A DNA stretch of 64,000 bases. Origin: Lingula anatina (taxonomy: Eukaryota; Animalia; Brachiopoda). Numbering within the stretch: position 1 is the first letter of the stretch; each line of letters starts with the position of its first letter. Of this stretch, positions 41,861 through 55,049 are shown piece by piece. The DNA lies in assembly GCA_051362555.1 (NCBI GenBank), contig CM120641.1, positions 38,384,401-38,448,400 of the forward strand, written 5' to 3'. Both the position numbers and the translations under genes were made by a program. A model generated the notes under the pieces. It was given only the letters and a program-made list of their open reading frames with translations. It was not told the origin of the DNA and did no database searches.

Positions 41861-44800
41861 CAAATTTAAAGGAAATTTTTCATTTTGTAGAAAAGGTGAT
41901 GAAAATGAATAGCCGGAGTTGAGGGAGTATTATACACGTTGGTACTGATTTTTCATTAACATTTCTTTCCATTTGGAATAACATTGGATTTCCATTCAAT
42001 GTTCAAGTCAGCAGTCCAGGGTTTTAAATGTACATTACCATGTGGGGACATAAGCCATTTCCATAGATAAAAAAATACAGTATAAAATCTACCAATTAGC
42101 TTATCATCATGGTATCAGTTATTTTTTTGGGTAATTTATTGCAAAGCTCACCCGACATGTACACAATATGGCAGAGACTCCACCCCTCTGACGCCTCCGC
42201 CTGACAGGCTCAAAGCAGCAAGATTTTTTATCGAGTGTGTTGTGGATGTGTCGGAAGTGGTGGTAGTCTGGCAGGTCAAGCACTGCATCTCACCTTATTA
42301 AAAACCAGTGGCTACCTCACTCTAGTCAAAGAGAAAGGAAACTGGGCTTTTCCGTTCCCACTGCAACTTCTGTTTATTTATCATGAACTCCCATGAGCCC
42401 GCCTCCTTCTGCATGAAACTGTTGTAAATTTGTTCTCTGATTATTTTCCCAAACAAATTTGGTGTAAAACTCTATGATTTTCAGAGACTACACTATGAAA
42501 AATGTATACTTACTAGTATTAATAGCGATTAAATCTGTAGGAGACTTGTTTATTTTGCATTGCTTGAGAAGCCTATGAACAAAACATGAAGGCTACAGGT
42601 GTAGTAGAATTAATGTTCATTTATGTAAGTTTGTCAGAGTCTATTTGTTGCTGCTGTGTACATATCAGTTTTCTGTGGGTAAAATGGGTGGTACGTTTTC
42701 AATGCAACATACACCTCATCTGCCATTCAAGGATATGTGTATGGTATGTAAGGTAATGACTATATTTTGAATGGGTAAATAATCTTTTTTTATTCTGATA
42801 CATAATTTTTCATTAAAATATATTTCTGTGTAGCACAGTGTAGCACTTTGTGTAGAAAAAAGAATTATAAGGTATCCTGTTTTTCAGTTTTCTTGCTACC
42901 ACTCAATAGGAATGTTCTCATTTTTAAAATAAATGGCTTTAAAAAATACAGTATCTAAAAAATTTACATTTTCCCCATTTAAAAGATTTAGTCAGTACTG
43001 AATTTTGTGAAGAATTTCCATGCTGCTTGCTCTGTAAATATAATATTGTGTTTTAATGTCAGTCTCATTGCTCAGTTCTGCAAAAGACAAGTGAAGTTAT
43101 ATGTAGCAGATATGATATTTAAGGTTGCATTATTATAAATGACAGTTAAAACAAGATCAAAAGAGTACCTAAGAACACTATATATATGTATATGTTTCTT
43201 CTGAACAAATTCTGTGTCAGCTTGGGTGGTCATTTAATAATAATACACCATCTTCCCCTTGAAGTCATCCTATTGTAACACTGTGAAAGGGTGATGCAAG
43301 GTGGTCCAATAGTAGAGGGCTTCATTTACTGTTGTAAGGAGGACCCTTAATTCAGGCAAGTCTGTTGTGGGGTGATTATTTTCCATCTTGATGCACTGTC
43401 ACTTCTGCTCTGCATTCAATTAAATAAGAGACCTGCACAGGTTTGAGTCATTTATATATTTCATGTGTGGATTTATTTTTTGATAGCTTAAATTCTATGG
43501 GAAATTTAGAAGCCTATATCCTTGTGCTTTTCTTTTCTCTCCAAATTGCAGGAAAGATGATGCTAAGTACCATTAAGATTATAAACCTTTTTTTCTGTGC
43601 TGACTCAGCATGTGCGAAAAGGGAAGCTTATACAGCTACAGGCATGATTCCTACAAGGTATGTGCTCAAATGACAGGACAAATGTTGTGGAAGATAGTGT
43701 TTGTTTATCATAACCATGCGTCATAAAAATGTCAAATTGACAAGAAAATTTGACAGGTTGGGTGACGGCTTCATTTGAACGTCAATCTAAAAGTGAATTT
43801 GAGAAACTAGGAACTTTTAATCAATTTTTTTATCCTTGATCAGGAGAGAAAAGTTTTTTGTGTACATTTATCCAGGAATGGGCAGACGGCTTTTATAACA
43901 AATGCTGCTTCTTTATTGTAACTGCAATTGCTGAAAGAAAAGCCTTGCCTGAAACGATGAAAAGTAAATATTCCATTAATGCTGTAATATTAAGATTGTG
44001 AAGCATGTTTTATCTGTTAGTATTTACATTCTTTTCAATATATAGCCATTCACAATGATTGTCGCAATGTCTAGATTTAACCCAGCAGTCAATGGAGTAT
44101 CTCCAGTAGCAGTCAACACATTGTGAACCAAGAAAATGGGCTTCATGCATGCCTCAGCAGAGACGGAGAAAGGAAAGAAAATGGAATTTCAAAGTCAAAT
44201 GATAGATAAACAGCTAGAAATCTGATGGTGAAAAGTGATTAGCTCAAATCCAAATCATCCTTTCTTCCCATAGGACGTGTTTTGATTATTCTTTATTTAT
44301 ATGGATCCAGTTCATTTTATGATTTTATTGATTTAAATACATCCAAGTTGGACTGAGATCATTTCAGTCTGCTTCAGCCCCCTCTTCTGCCTGACATCTT
44401 TGCAATGTTTTAGATATTCTTTTTAAAGAAATTTTCCAATATCTAAAATCATTAGCTCCATTATGCAGAATAACCATAGCATTAACAAAAAAATCAATGT
44501 TTATCCAAAATTGAAATTTGATCTTTTTTATAAGAAAAGAAATAATTGTTACTTTATTTTGATACCAGTTGCTGATAGTGAAAGTTGTACAGGACAGAAA
44601 TAAAAAAGGTTTTTACTATGAATTTGCCTACAGGAATTAAAGAGGATAATTTTTGACAAGGAATCTTGTACCCTCAACCAGGACTAGGTGGTCACTGATT
44701 TATTTGATTGCAAGGATTTTAGAATCCACATGAAAAATATAACCTTTTTGTAAGAGACAAAGCGTTTTAGCATCAAACTAACCATGTTTAAGTTCACTGA

Positions 44801-47800
44801 CACTCGTAAATGTTTCCTATTTGACCTTGAGTTTTAAAAAATGATACATGCGGGATCATCAGTTAATTCCAAACGATGTGTTTTGTGACAATTAGAGTTG
44901 AAAAAGTGGTCTGGTTTGTGTAGGTGGGAAAAATAATGCCGGTTTTCATGATCTACTGAAATGATTTTTGACCGAGTTCTAAGTCAGATTCATCTGTTTG
45001 GTTTCCAGATGGTTATAAAACACATTCCAGCAGGACTGATGTTACTAGTACATGCAGTATACAATGGTATTAATTTGAAGTAATAAAGGAAATTTTTTCA
45101 ACATCTCTGAGTTACTGTTACAGCATACAGTTTTCTAAAGTGGAGTGATGGTGGAGTGACGTGCTTGGCAATTGTAGCAATTCAAGAGCTGAAATACAAG
45201 TGTTTCACCAAGTTTCAAGGCAGAAGAGGTAGTTTTTTGTATCATTAAGTTTTGTGGTTGATGAGAATATATTATATTACTTAAGTATGCAATGATTAAA
45301 GAATAGGAGCTTCCATAATTGAAATGCTTCAAAAAACATCCAAATATGTAATTATGGAGAGAGATAAAAAAAATTAGTACCAAATACCAAAGTATTATCG
45401 GTAAAAAAAAACTGAATTTGTCTAGCTTTAGTAGTTTCTGTAGGATTTAAGACGTAGAAAACTTGCAGGCTGTCTGCGTCCATGTTGAAGTAATGGGTGT
45501 ATTAACACACATTAGCCAGATAGTTTATTGGCTCTCCACAGGTGGAGAAGTTCCCAAGCTTGACCAGTACCCACTCTACAGGTGCCTGAACCCAGATGGT
45601 TTTTGTATATGTAAGCAGATGGTCAGGAAATGGTCAGTGTCAGTAGTAGTAGTAGCATTGGTCAGTTTATATGCAGGTGTGGGTATAGTCAAAGGCCTCA
45701 AGCTTAGATTTGGATTTTAAGTCTAAGAAAAAAGAACCACTCTTTGAATATAATCTTTGTCCAATTGAAAAAATAGACATGCTTTACATTTTCTTGAGTA
45801 AAAGAAATAAAAGTTTGGTATGCCAGACATGGGGTATTATCATATCTTACCTGCGAAAATTAATTTTGGATATTGTGAAAATTTTACAAGTGTGATTTGG
45901 GTGCAGTGACATGTAAGTGTGGGAACTGACCAGTGGTCAGTGTGACAGTAGCCAGGCCTGGCGAGAGGTTACAGAGACCAGGGTCAGGTGTTTATATTTT
46001 ATTGGGGTGAGGGTCTGTTTTAATGTATAGCACAGGTGGATGAATTTAGTGTATTTATGTTTTTTTCAAGCATTCAACCACCTGTTTCAGTGGGTGTTCA
46101 GGGTTTGCATTATGGTTTTTTTTCTGCATTTGACTGATTTCAATTCTGTCATTAAGAAGACTTTCAACAAAAATGAAAGAAAATTTTCACAAAAAGTGAT
46201 GTGCTATCAACTCTGTTTTTTCTGCATTTTCTTTCTATTATTATTATTATTTTATTGATTCAAAATTGTTGTTGGCTTAACTACTTCTTTGGAAATAACT
46301 TAAAATTGTTTCATTTTGAAAGTAGTAAGTGTTTTGTTTCCTTGTGAAGATATCATCTTTAATCATTTGTTTAAACTAAGTCCTTCCTGTGTCACTTTCA
46401 TGTATCTCTTGTGTACCTCACATCCTGGTTCAGGTTGAATTTTTGAATTTGATGACTTTTTTGTTATTATTATTTTCTTTTATGTGGCAAATTGAACAAT
46501 TTGGAAATCCTGTTTTAGAAAAAAAAAATGAAAAAGACAACATGCTTTTATAGATATGCCCTTTACATGAATGATAAGTTATCTCTGGATGGAAAGTAGC
46601 AGTTTTGATATGTCTGCATATGGTATTTTTATTCTCACATTGGTTTTTATATCCATGCTAAAAGTTACAATCCTGCATGTCCAACGCTTTCAATTTCAAG
46701 TTAGATTATTTGGGCAGTGGAAACTAGAGATGATCAAAAGTATTTCAAAGTGGACATTTTCCTTTTTTTTTTTTTTTTTTTTCTAGTTTAATTTTTGTCT
46801 GCTGAAGCAGCTGACAGCAAAATGTTTATAGAAAGACCAAATGAAAGTTGAGGTCACTTGTGTCTTGTCCTCTTTGAGCTGGCAGCCCTGATGGCTGCAA
46901 GGTTTATCACATATTAATGAGGAAGCCATGGTACTGCCGAGCTGACCCCAGGACCCAGCAGGAAGAGGAAGAGGGGTCATTGAGGGGGAATACTACGCTG
47001 TTACTGTGAAATCTGCATAATTTTGCTTGATGTAAATCCTCATCTATCTTCCCATGTCATTGCTTTGACACCAAAATGACAACTTGTTTGAATTTAAACT
47101 GGTATCAATAAGCTGAATTGGGAGTGATCAAGTGACCAAAAATTGCTTCTTCAATGTATACTTTTTTATTGGGTTTTTTAAAAAAAAATTGAGTGTTTGA
47201 CACTTTATTTGATAATCAGAAAACTTTCTCTGGACAAGCTAGAAAAAAAGCAAGTAGTTCTTTTGTGAATGTCTTGTTTTCTGATTTTATATTTCATTGA
47301 AATTATCCAAGATTTTTTGTTTATAATTTTGCCAATAATGAATGAACATTTTCATGTACATAGCGACTAGAATCCTTGCTTGGTGCACAAATAAACATTA
47401 AAAGACTGAAAATGCAGAAATTTTCTCCAGTAAGAGAATCAATCCAAACGCAACATAAAATAAACAGTTTTCAAATAAAACCAGTAAAGAAAACATCTCT
47501 CCCTTTCCTTCCTGTTTCACCCTTCTTCCTGCATTTCCGAAACCCTTTCTCTGAAGTACCTTACCTTTACGCTGTAAAGAAATGCAGTTATGCTTTAATG
47601 TTTAAAGAGCTAAAATTACAGTTTGGCCTCTTTTTCTCCCCTGGCAGTGTTCCAGGTTGTAGACTGTCATAGTTGATTAGCACCTCCAGGGTCAGGTGTA
47701 TTTGATCTGAGAGGAAAAGGTGAAGTCTGGAGAGGAAACAGTGTGGCTGGATTATTGTGGTTGGTTCAAGGGTATTGGGACAAAAGTTCTGGTGTGTATA

Positions 47801-50570
47801 TAGTTGACACACAAAGTGCAAACCAAAAGTCTACCAGTCTTTTTTTATGTTTTTTTATGCAACGCTTTTACACAGATTTTGTAATTGCACACTCAGTGGT
47901 TTCATCTTCACCTTTATTCATCTGGAAAGCTTTCTGCTTGATTCAATTTTGGTTCCATTTTGTGATTGTGATTTTATTTTTTATTCCAAAATATGTATAT
48001 TTCTTAATCCATCAGTCCTTATAACTGTATGCATGGCAAATCAGAAACTTGATAATTAAAAAAATTCTTGTTAAAAAATGTGAAGACTGAAACTATCAAA
48101 TCCATAAAATTGAAATTGTCAATGCCATTGTTTATGCATAAAAACAAAATTGATTCCCTAACAGAGATCTTTGTTTGTTTTAAAAGTTTTTTCTATGTTG
48201 TACACGAACATTTTTACAGGTGGACACAAATGTGTTGTTTTAAAACTCAGAATTTGTCAACCCCTTCAATATACACCGTCCATGCTGAGAAATTTTCAGA
48301 TGGGAACCGCATCTTTGTCATTCACTAGACAGATGAAAATATAAAACCACTTAAAAACTTGTTAACAAGTGTTGAGTTTCGATTGTGTTTATTTTGAAAA
48401 AACACTGACTGTACGGTCTGTATGGTCTGTATTGCCAGGGCAATTTTGATGGAAAGGTCTCAGCTGGTCAGAACCATAGGGTCCCAGCAATCAAGACAGC
48501 CCAGGCCAGCAGTCTGAGACTCTCACTTATAATTGACTTGCTCGCAACAAGAGTTAGGAGTATAAAATTTAATTGAACTTGAAATATTATAAAATTATAA
48601 AAGGCTGCAAACAAAGGGCCTCTTCCCTGACCTTGGTGTGTAGCCTGCAGCCCACCAAGGAAGGGCAGATACTTGCCAAAGGAAAGGAAGGGTTTCTTCA
48701 TGTTTTTCGCCCGATTTGTTTTATTACAAACATAATGGTCACTAACTCTGCCATTAGGAATACTTCTGAGGAAATGCGAAGCATTATGTTGGTTTAGTGA
48801 TTGAATCATCAAATGGCCCTCATGTGCCTCTCTGCTTTTTGCCTTCTGATTTTGATTTTGTAGAATTGAAACCACACTTTGCACAAAGGGAACTCACTTG
48901 CGTGGGTTAATTGAGACTGTTATTAATATCTGTATTAATTAGGACCTTGAAGGCAATTAGAAGCAACATGGTCAATTTTTTCTCCCCGAAATCATTTTTC
49001 ATGTTCAAAACATGATTCATGTTATTTTGATTGGTATGAAAGAGGTTTCTGTTAATTTTTTCTTTTTGGTTGAAAATTTATTCTTTCAGTTGCCTTTCTT
49101 TTTTTTATTAGAAAATTATCTTCTTTTTTTCCCTCAAATGCTAAATCAACCGTCTTTCTGACTAATTTTATATTTAAAAAACAAGTATTCTTTTTAATGA
49201 TATTATACTTTCTTCTTTGGTTGATAGATAAAATTAAACAATTGCTCATTTTATATATTTATTCATATAAAGAGAAACAGAAACAACTTTGTTTGCACCA
49301 TGCTAGAGAAATGATGCCAAAGTTCATACAGCAAACATGCAGAAATGATCTGCTTCCACTGCAGTTGCTCAAGTAGTTATCAACTTCATTCCGCTGGACG
49401 TCTTTGGTTGTCGAAATTATTTCATAGATATAGGGCCTTTCAGTGTCAATAAACCGGTACGCTTACCTTGGCTCTTGTCTGTTAAGGTGTCCATGAAATG
49501 CTCAAAGCAAGCGACCAGATAAATCTTTATTTACATTTGCACCCAAAATGATACCTTCAAGTGATCTGTTGATTATTGAAGAGTGCGGCTTCAGGTATCA
49601 CATAAACATGAGATAGCCTTTTATTGATTGTAGCTTTTATGTTATCTCTGTATTATCATAAACAAGTGTTTATGATGGAGATAGCCCGCTGTGTCATTAA
49701 GGTAATTTTTTATAGGATTATTATCTAGAACTGTCAATAAAGTAGAAAATGACCTTGTAGGAAAAATTATCATTTCTTAGCATGAATTTCTATCAGCTAT
49801 TTGTGACATTTTTGGGATAGATCAAGTACAGGTCTTGTTTAAATACAGCTTTAAGTAAAGTAAATAGATTTTATTTTCAGTTGAAACAGGAAGAAAATCA
49901 ACAAGTTTCACATGATGAAATTTACAGATTTTCCCATCAGAATCTTTCCAATTTTTTTCCTGTATAGATTTACACAGGTTCCTCTAATCAAGCTTTTAGT
50001 TCATATCATTGAACCACATATTGTTGCTCCATCCTGTGTCCAGTGATTGGATTACCAGAAAAAAAAGCTACACTTGCAGTGTACTCTGGTAACAACAACC
50101 TGTGAAGTATATGTACACTCACACACAAGTAGTAACCACCAAGCGCTGTCGTCCTGCGAACAATTAAACCCATCTAATAATAACTTCCTCAGCTACTTTT
50201 TATGTTGTTACATCTATTTTCATAGGTGCTACATATACCGAGATGTCCGAGGGGTGGGAAGCGAGGGTGGAAGTGAGCTGTTTATGTTACCCTGGGTGCG
50301 TCCATGACTGGAGAGGCCCTCGAGCCTGAGAGTTTGGCTCAGTCTGACTGGGAACACGTGTTGTGGTCACCTTTCTGTTCTGCTACTGCTTCCAGGCTTT
50401 TAAAGTGGTATTTGTCTTTGGAATAAATCATTAATTAGTTGTTTGGATAATGGATGATGTTACAGTGTTGATCTTGCCTAAGAATATGTTGACCTGTGCT
50501 CAAATTAGTAACCTTTTGTTTTTCCAGCAAACACCGTCGGCTGCAGTTGGTGCGGTCACCTTAAATGAAA

Positions 50571-50633
50571 CTGGTTTTCACAATGATTTGCCAGATATTT
50601 TTAGAAATTCTGAGATCATTGTGAAAACTGATT
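50571..50633 (+). ncRNA. bantam: bantam pre-miRNA; mature 3p 50611-50633 UGAGAUCAUUGUGAAAACUGAUU; 5p/star arm ~50571-50595 CUGGUUUUCACAAUGAUUUGCCAGA
   Basis: The 3p arm matches the bantam family (seed GAGAUC; Drosophila UGAGAUCAUUUUGAAAGCUGAUU differs at 2 positions). ggttttcacaatgat pairs with atcattgtgaaaact and caga with tctg around a ~13-nt loop. Arm ends give a 2-nt 3' overhang. CNNC motif (CATC 50649-50652) starts 16 nt past the 3' end. Confidence 0.96.
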
Positions 50634-53407
50634 TTGTTCCCTATGTAACATCTTTGACCACGATGACCACAGCCCAGGAGGAACCGTTTGACCACTGTTG
50701 GAGCCATCACCACAACATCTTAACTGGTGCATCTGTGCCAGTTTAAATAAAAACATACTGAGATGATCAGAAAAAAGTCAAGCAACAGTTACTTGGTGCA
50801 TGATTGTTTTTGGATTATAGAGAAATAAAGACAAAATCAAAAGAATCTAGGTGGAACTTGAGTTTTTCACCCACCTGACTGAGAGCATGTTTAGGAAAAA
50901 GATTCCTTACTAAATGGATCCCAGTAGGCAGCATCAGATATGCAGTTTTTATGTTTGTTTTATTTGAAGGCAGGGAAGATATGAAAAACAAACACTTTGT
51001 CACATTGAATGAGATTGGAGCAGAGAATTTAACCTGGCCTCGTAGGCCTTCAATTAAATAAGCAGTCAATTAGTTAATTAACCTGATGTGATCCAGTGCA
51101 AGTTAATGATGAGAATGAGTGCAAATAACTGGGGTTCCAGAAAGAGCACCCAGCTAATCACACAGATCTTTAGTCTATGACAGGCCACATATTTATCAAT
51201 ATTTGAGTTTGTTTTGTGCCATACTTGATAATGCAGGCCCAGCAGATCAATGGCCAAGACAAGACCCACTTTGCTGAGGAATGGCATTAAATAAGATGGG
51301 TATGACCACATTTATATTGTATATATGTATATATATATATATGTATAGTTTATATTCTAGTAAAACTGTATCTGTCTGTGTAAATAATTTGTTTTGGGTT
51401 TTTGTACCAATTATTATCCAATTATTTAATGTTTAATATCCAAGAAAGAGACAATCAAAATATTTTTGAAATTCGAAAATGGTTATGAGTATTCGAAGGG
51501 GTCCCAAAGTCTTGATGTTCTTTTTTGGTGCACAGATATTTGGAATTAACCACATAAGCAAAAATGTGTTGTTCTACCATCAGATAGACATGGATATGAA
51601 ACTGTCTTTCAGTGGTAGTAACCATACAAATACATTAGGCAACCGACTTGAGGTCTATGAACAGAGAATTGAGGACAGGACATCTATACCAGAAAGGGGA
51701 AACCACCACCATGCATTTTCAATGTAAGGAATCATATTTGGTCATAAACAAGAGAAAATGTTGGTGGATTCAGTGTCAAATTTGACTGTCATAATTATTT
51801 TTGTTGTTCTTCCAAACTTTCATAGATTTAATTTTGTATTTTTACAAGAAAAACATATGACAATTGGTCCTGCAATGACCAAATGTTTCCCTACCCATTA
51901 AAGGAATTAAAGGAAGGAGCATATGTTGCAAATTATATCTGTGTTCCATCTTTTATACCAGTGGTTTAAGAGTTTAATTTCTTGCTCCATATGTTGTATA
52001 ATTTTGTCAGTTTTGGGGTTTGAGTCTGCAGTCAAAGAAGAAAAATAAAAAGGTGACTTTAAGAGTTAATTCTGGACCTTGAAGTTGACTTTAACCTTGA
52101 AAGCAATTAGAGTTTTAGGACAGACTGGGATTTTGGCTAGTTTTCTGGTGTTAAATAATTGATTATGAAAGTTTTAATAATTTAAATATAAAACTGACCT
52201 CAAATCCTTCTCATTTGTTAACGTTATTTATAACTGATAACTTCCCGAATCTGTCATCTCCCAGTTTAAAGTATATATTCGTCTCTTTGAACCCTACTTT
52301 TTATCCAAAATTCCTAGACCTTATTAGACCTAAAGGCATTCGAAAAGTTCAGAAATGTAACTTCATTTATTTTTTAAGCAAGATTAGCTTACATTTGTTT
52401 TGTAACACTGTTGTCAAATAAAAGAAACTGCAAATATTGTTACTACTGTTTAAACTTCCTGCAGGAATGTCTTAGTTCGTTCAAATTATTATAAAGACAA
52501 CACGAACAAATCAAAATGTCCGGGAGGATGAACCATTTATAGTACCAACACATATCTGAGATTGCATTTTCACCGTTTCTCCACTGTAGGGGTTGGATTT
52601 TTACATTATGATTTTACACATGGTGCGTTCATCTTTCATCTGCAGAGTTAATAAAAAAAACATTCACTGTGAAAAAATCAGAATATTTGATCCAAGGTTA
52701 CGTTGTAACTTGGCCGTATCTGAAGTCGCCCCTCTTTAAAATAAAGTAAAAGAAAGTAAACAAAACGTATCAGATTATGTTCTTAAAACGAAACGGAAGC
52801 ACAAATACGAATCTAAAAACGGCAATTGGCTGTTAAATATGAATGAAAACCCAATAATTTTTTATTTCTGCGTTCAGTATCAGATGGCGACGGGAGTGTT
52901 TTTTAGCTCGTCAACGATACCTATCAGTAGGCCAAAACCGGGGATCATAAGATAGCGTTCTGCCACGTTAGATCGTACCTCCTTCTTAACTTGCCACTTG
53001 AAGACAAATTTAGGGGCTTATTTGCTTTCCATATTGACTGATAGTCAGCTAATATTTGTTCAAAAGAAGGATAGGACGTCTGACCCAGCGAAGTCCGAGG
53101 TATTCGCTCTGGCAATTTACCAAATTTAATCGTCCAGTTGATAGTATTAGTGTAGCTATCTCGCAAAGGATCTTCCTGTCAGGGGGGTGCATCGAGAAAT
53201 TAAGGGGTTTTTTTACGAAGGTAGATGGACACAAAACATGGAAGTACGCCGATTTAGATCTATTTTGATTGTTAATGGTTTTACACTCATACATTCGGCG
53301 AGAAAAATTGTTAGGCCTATTGTGATAGAATGTACTAAAATAAAAACACAACTTTTTTGTTCTTTCTTTTTTTAATGAAAGGCTAAACTTAACAAAATGT
53401 CTAACTG

Positions 53408-53507
53408 TGAAAATGAACAAAAGTTATTTTTCCGCGATTAATATCAAGTCCAGTAATGACTTTGAAAATAAACAAGAGCTATTTTTCCGCGATTAATATC
53501 AAGTCCA
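53408..53507. repeat. 45-bp direct duplication, 55-bp period
   Basis: tgaaaat.aacaa.ag.tatttttccgcgattaatatcaagtcca at 53408-53452 and 53463-53507. Confidence 0.85.
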
Positions 53508-55049
53508 TTTCAAGGCACTTCATTAATAGTCCAAGTAGTTCGTATAAATGCTATTCTGTTTTATGTTTTAATAAGTTTTTCATGCTAATGACCTATAACG
53601 AAACTGAACTTTTTCGAAAATAAATTGATGAATTTATAAAGTCTAGCAAAATTTATGCCATAGATTTCGAAATTAGGCGTTCTCAAAGAAAAACCACATT
53701 TATTGAAAAGTCCTGGATAATTAGCCCTGTCAGACGCAATGTTGGCACGCATCCCTGTATATTTAAACTGTAGTATACTTGTGGCTACACGGCTAATTCA
53801 GCACTTTGATTTATCACACAGTCGAAATATAACAAGTCGTCTTTCAGGGTTTGATTTACTCCATAACTTCAACTAAAACAGTTTCGGCCGCTGAGAGATA
53901 AGTAGGAAGTAGGCGGTGGAATCTAACTTTGATTACCAAATAGCAAATGAAGAAATTAAAAGGAAAGGAAATTATAACTGACCTAATCAACAGGATGGGG
54001 CTATGCAACTGTGCTCTATACGACATATCAAAGCAGGACGCCTAAGATTGCTAATAAATTCAAATGCTGTATATTCCCATTCCTGGCAAATGATTAAATC
54101 CAGGGGCCGTGATAATCGGTAAAATCCCCTCTCCTCCTAGTTACCCCCTCTCCCGGGCCCCGTTATTATCAATGAAGCTCTCGACCTGATTGATCAGGTG
54201 GTTCAAAAACTCTGAGAACATCCAGGTAAGTGCCACATTCTTCGGCGGCTACTCAGCTGAGCTGTGATTTCCTGTGGCTGGCTACCGAGTTACATTAACA
54301 ACACGATGTCGGGTTATAAATTTCAGGGGTGAAAAGCTTCTTCCGATCGCAGGTCTAAGGTGACGTTATTTTATGGCATGTCATCCCATCGAAGTACGTA
54401 CATTACGACGCAAAAAGGGTCTAAAGTTTCTTCCAGTAATGCAAGGAGTTGTAATTTGATTATATGCGTGTATTGTTCTTTTGCCGGATTGTCTTTTCTT
54501 ATTTAAAACTGTTGACACAAAAAAACTTTTTTTCGCCATTTGCTCACAGTGTAACATACGCCAACTCAATGTATATGATATCAACATTGAAATTTTCTAA
54601 ACTTGCTCTGAGGACGATGAGAACGAAAACTGACGATTTTAATGAATCTGTAAACCGTTTAATCAACTTTATCTCACAATTTTTAATGTAATAATGAAGT
54701 ACGTAAATGTCACTTAACCTTCTCATCGTCTCTTGCCTTTTTTTTCGAAAACGTTTTTATAGAAAGGGCATCGTTTTTTCCTCGATTCTTCGGTTCTTTT
54801 TTCTCAAAGGCAAAATTTGCGTGTTTGTCTATATTTGAAATGTATACAAAACAAGCGGCAAGCTGCAAGTCACTGGATGGCAGCAATCAAAGCTAAGGCC
54901 AACACTTCTATTTTATTGAGAACTGATCATTGTGAAGTTCAAGAACATTCATTTGTTTAAATGGCCGTGAGCATTAAGAACATTCCAAGACACAACATTA
55001 TCATAATTAAATTTTGTTTAACATGAATTTCATAAAGAGTCTGGAAATA

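Noticed and set aside
44317-44375. TGAGATCATT (first 10 nt of bantam) at 44354-44363 as a possible paralog
   Set aside because: The 3' half diverges and upstream complementarity is only ~9 bp with wobbles; no proper pre-miRNA hairpin.
50450-50746. 98-aa ORF on the + strand
   Set aside because: No recognisable protein; it spans a likely intron/acceptor and the bantam hairpin, which explain the sequence better.
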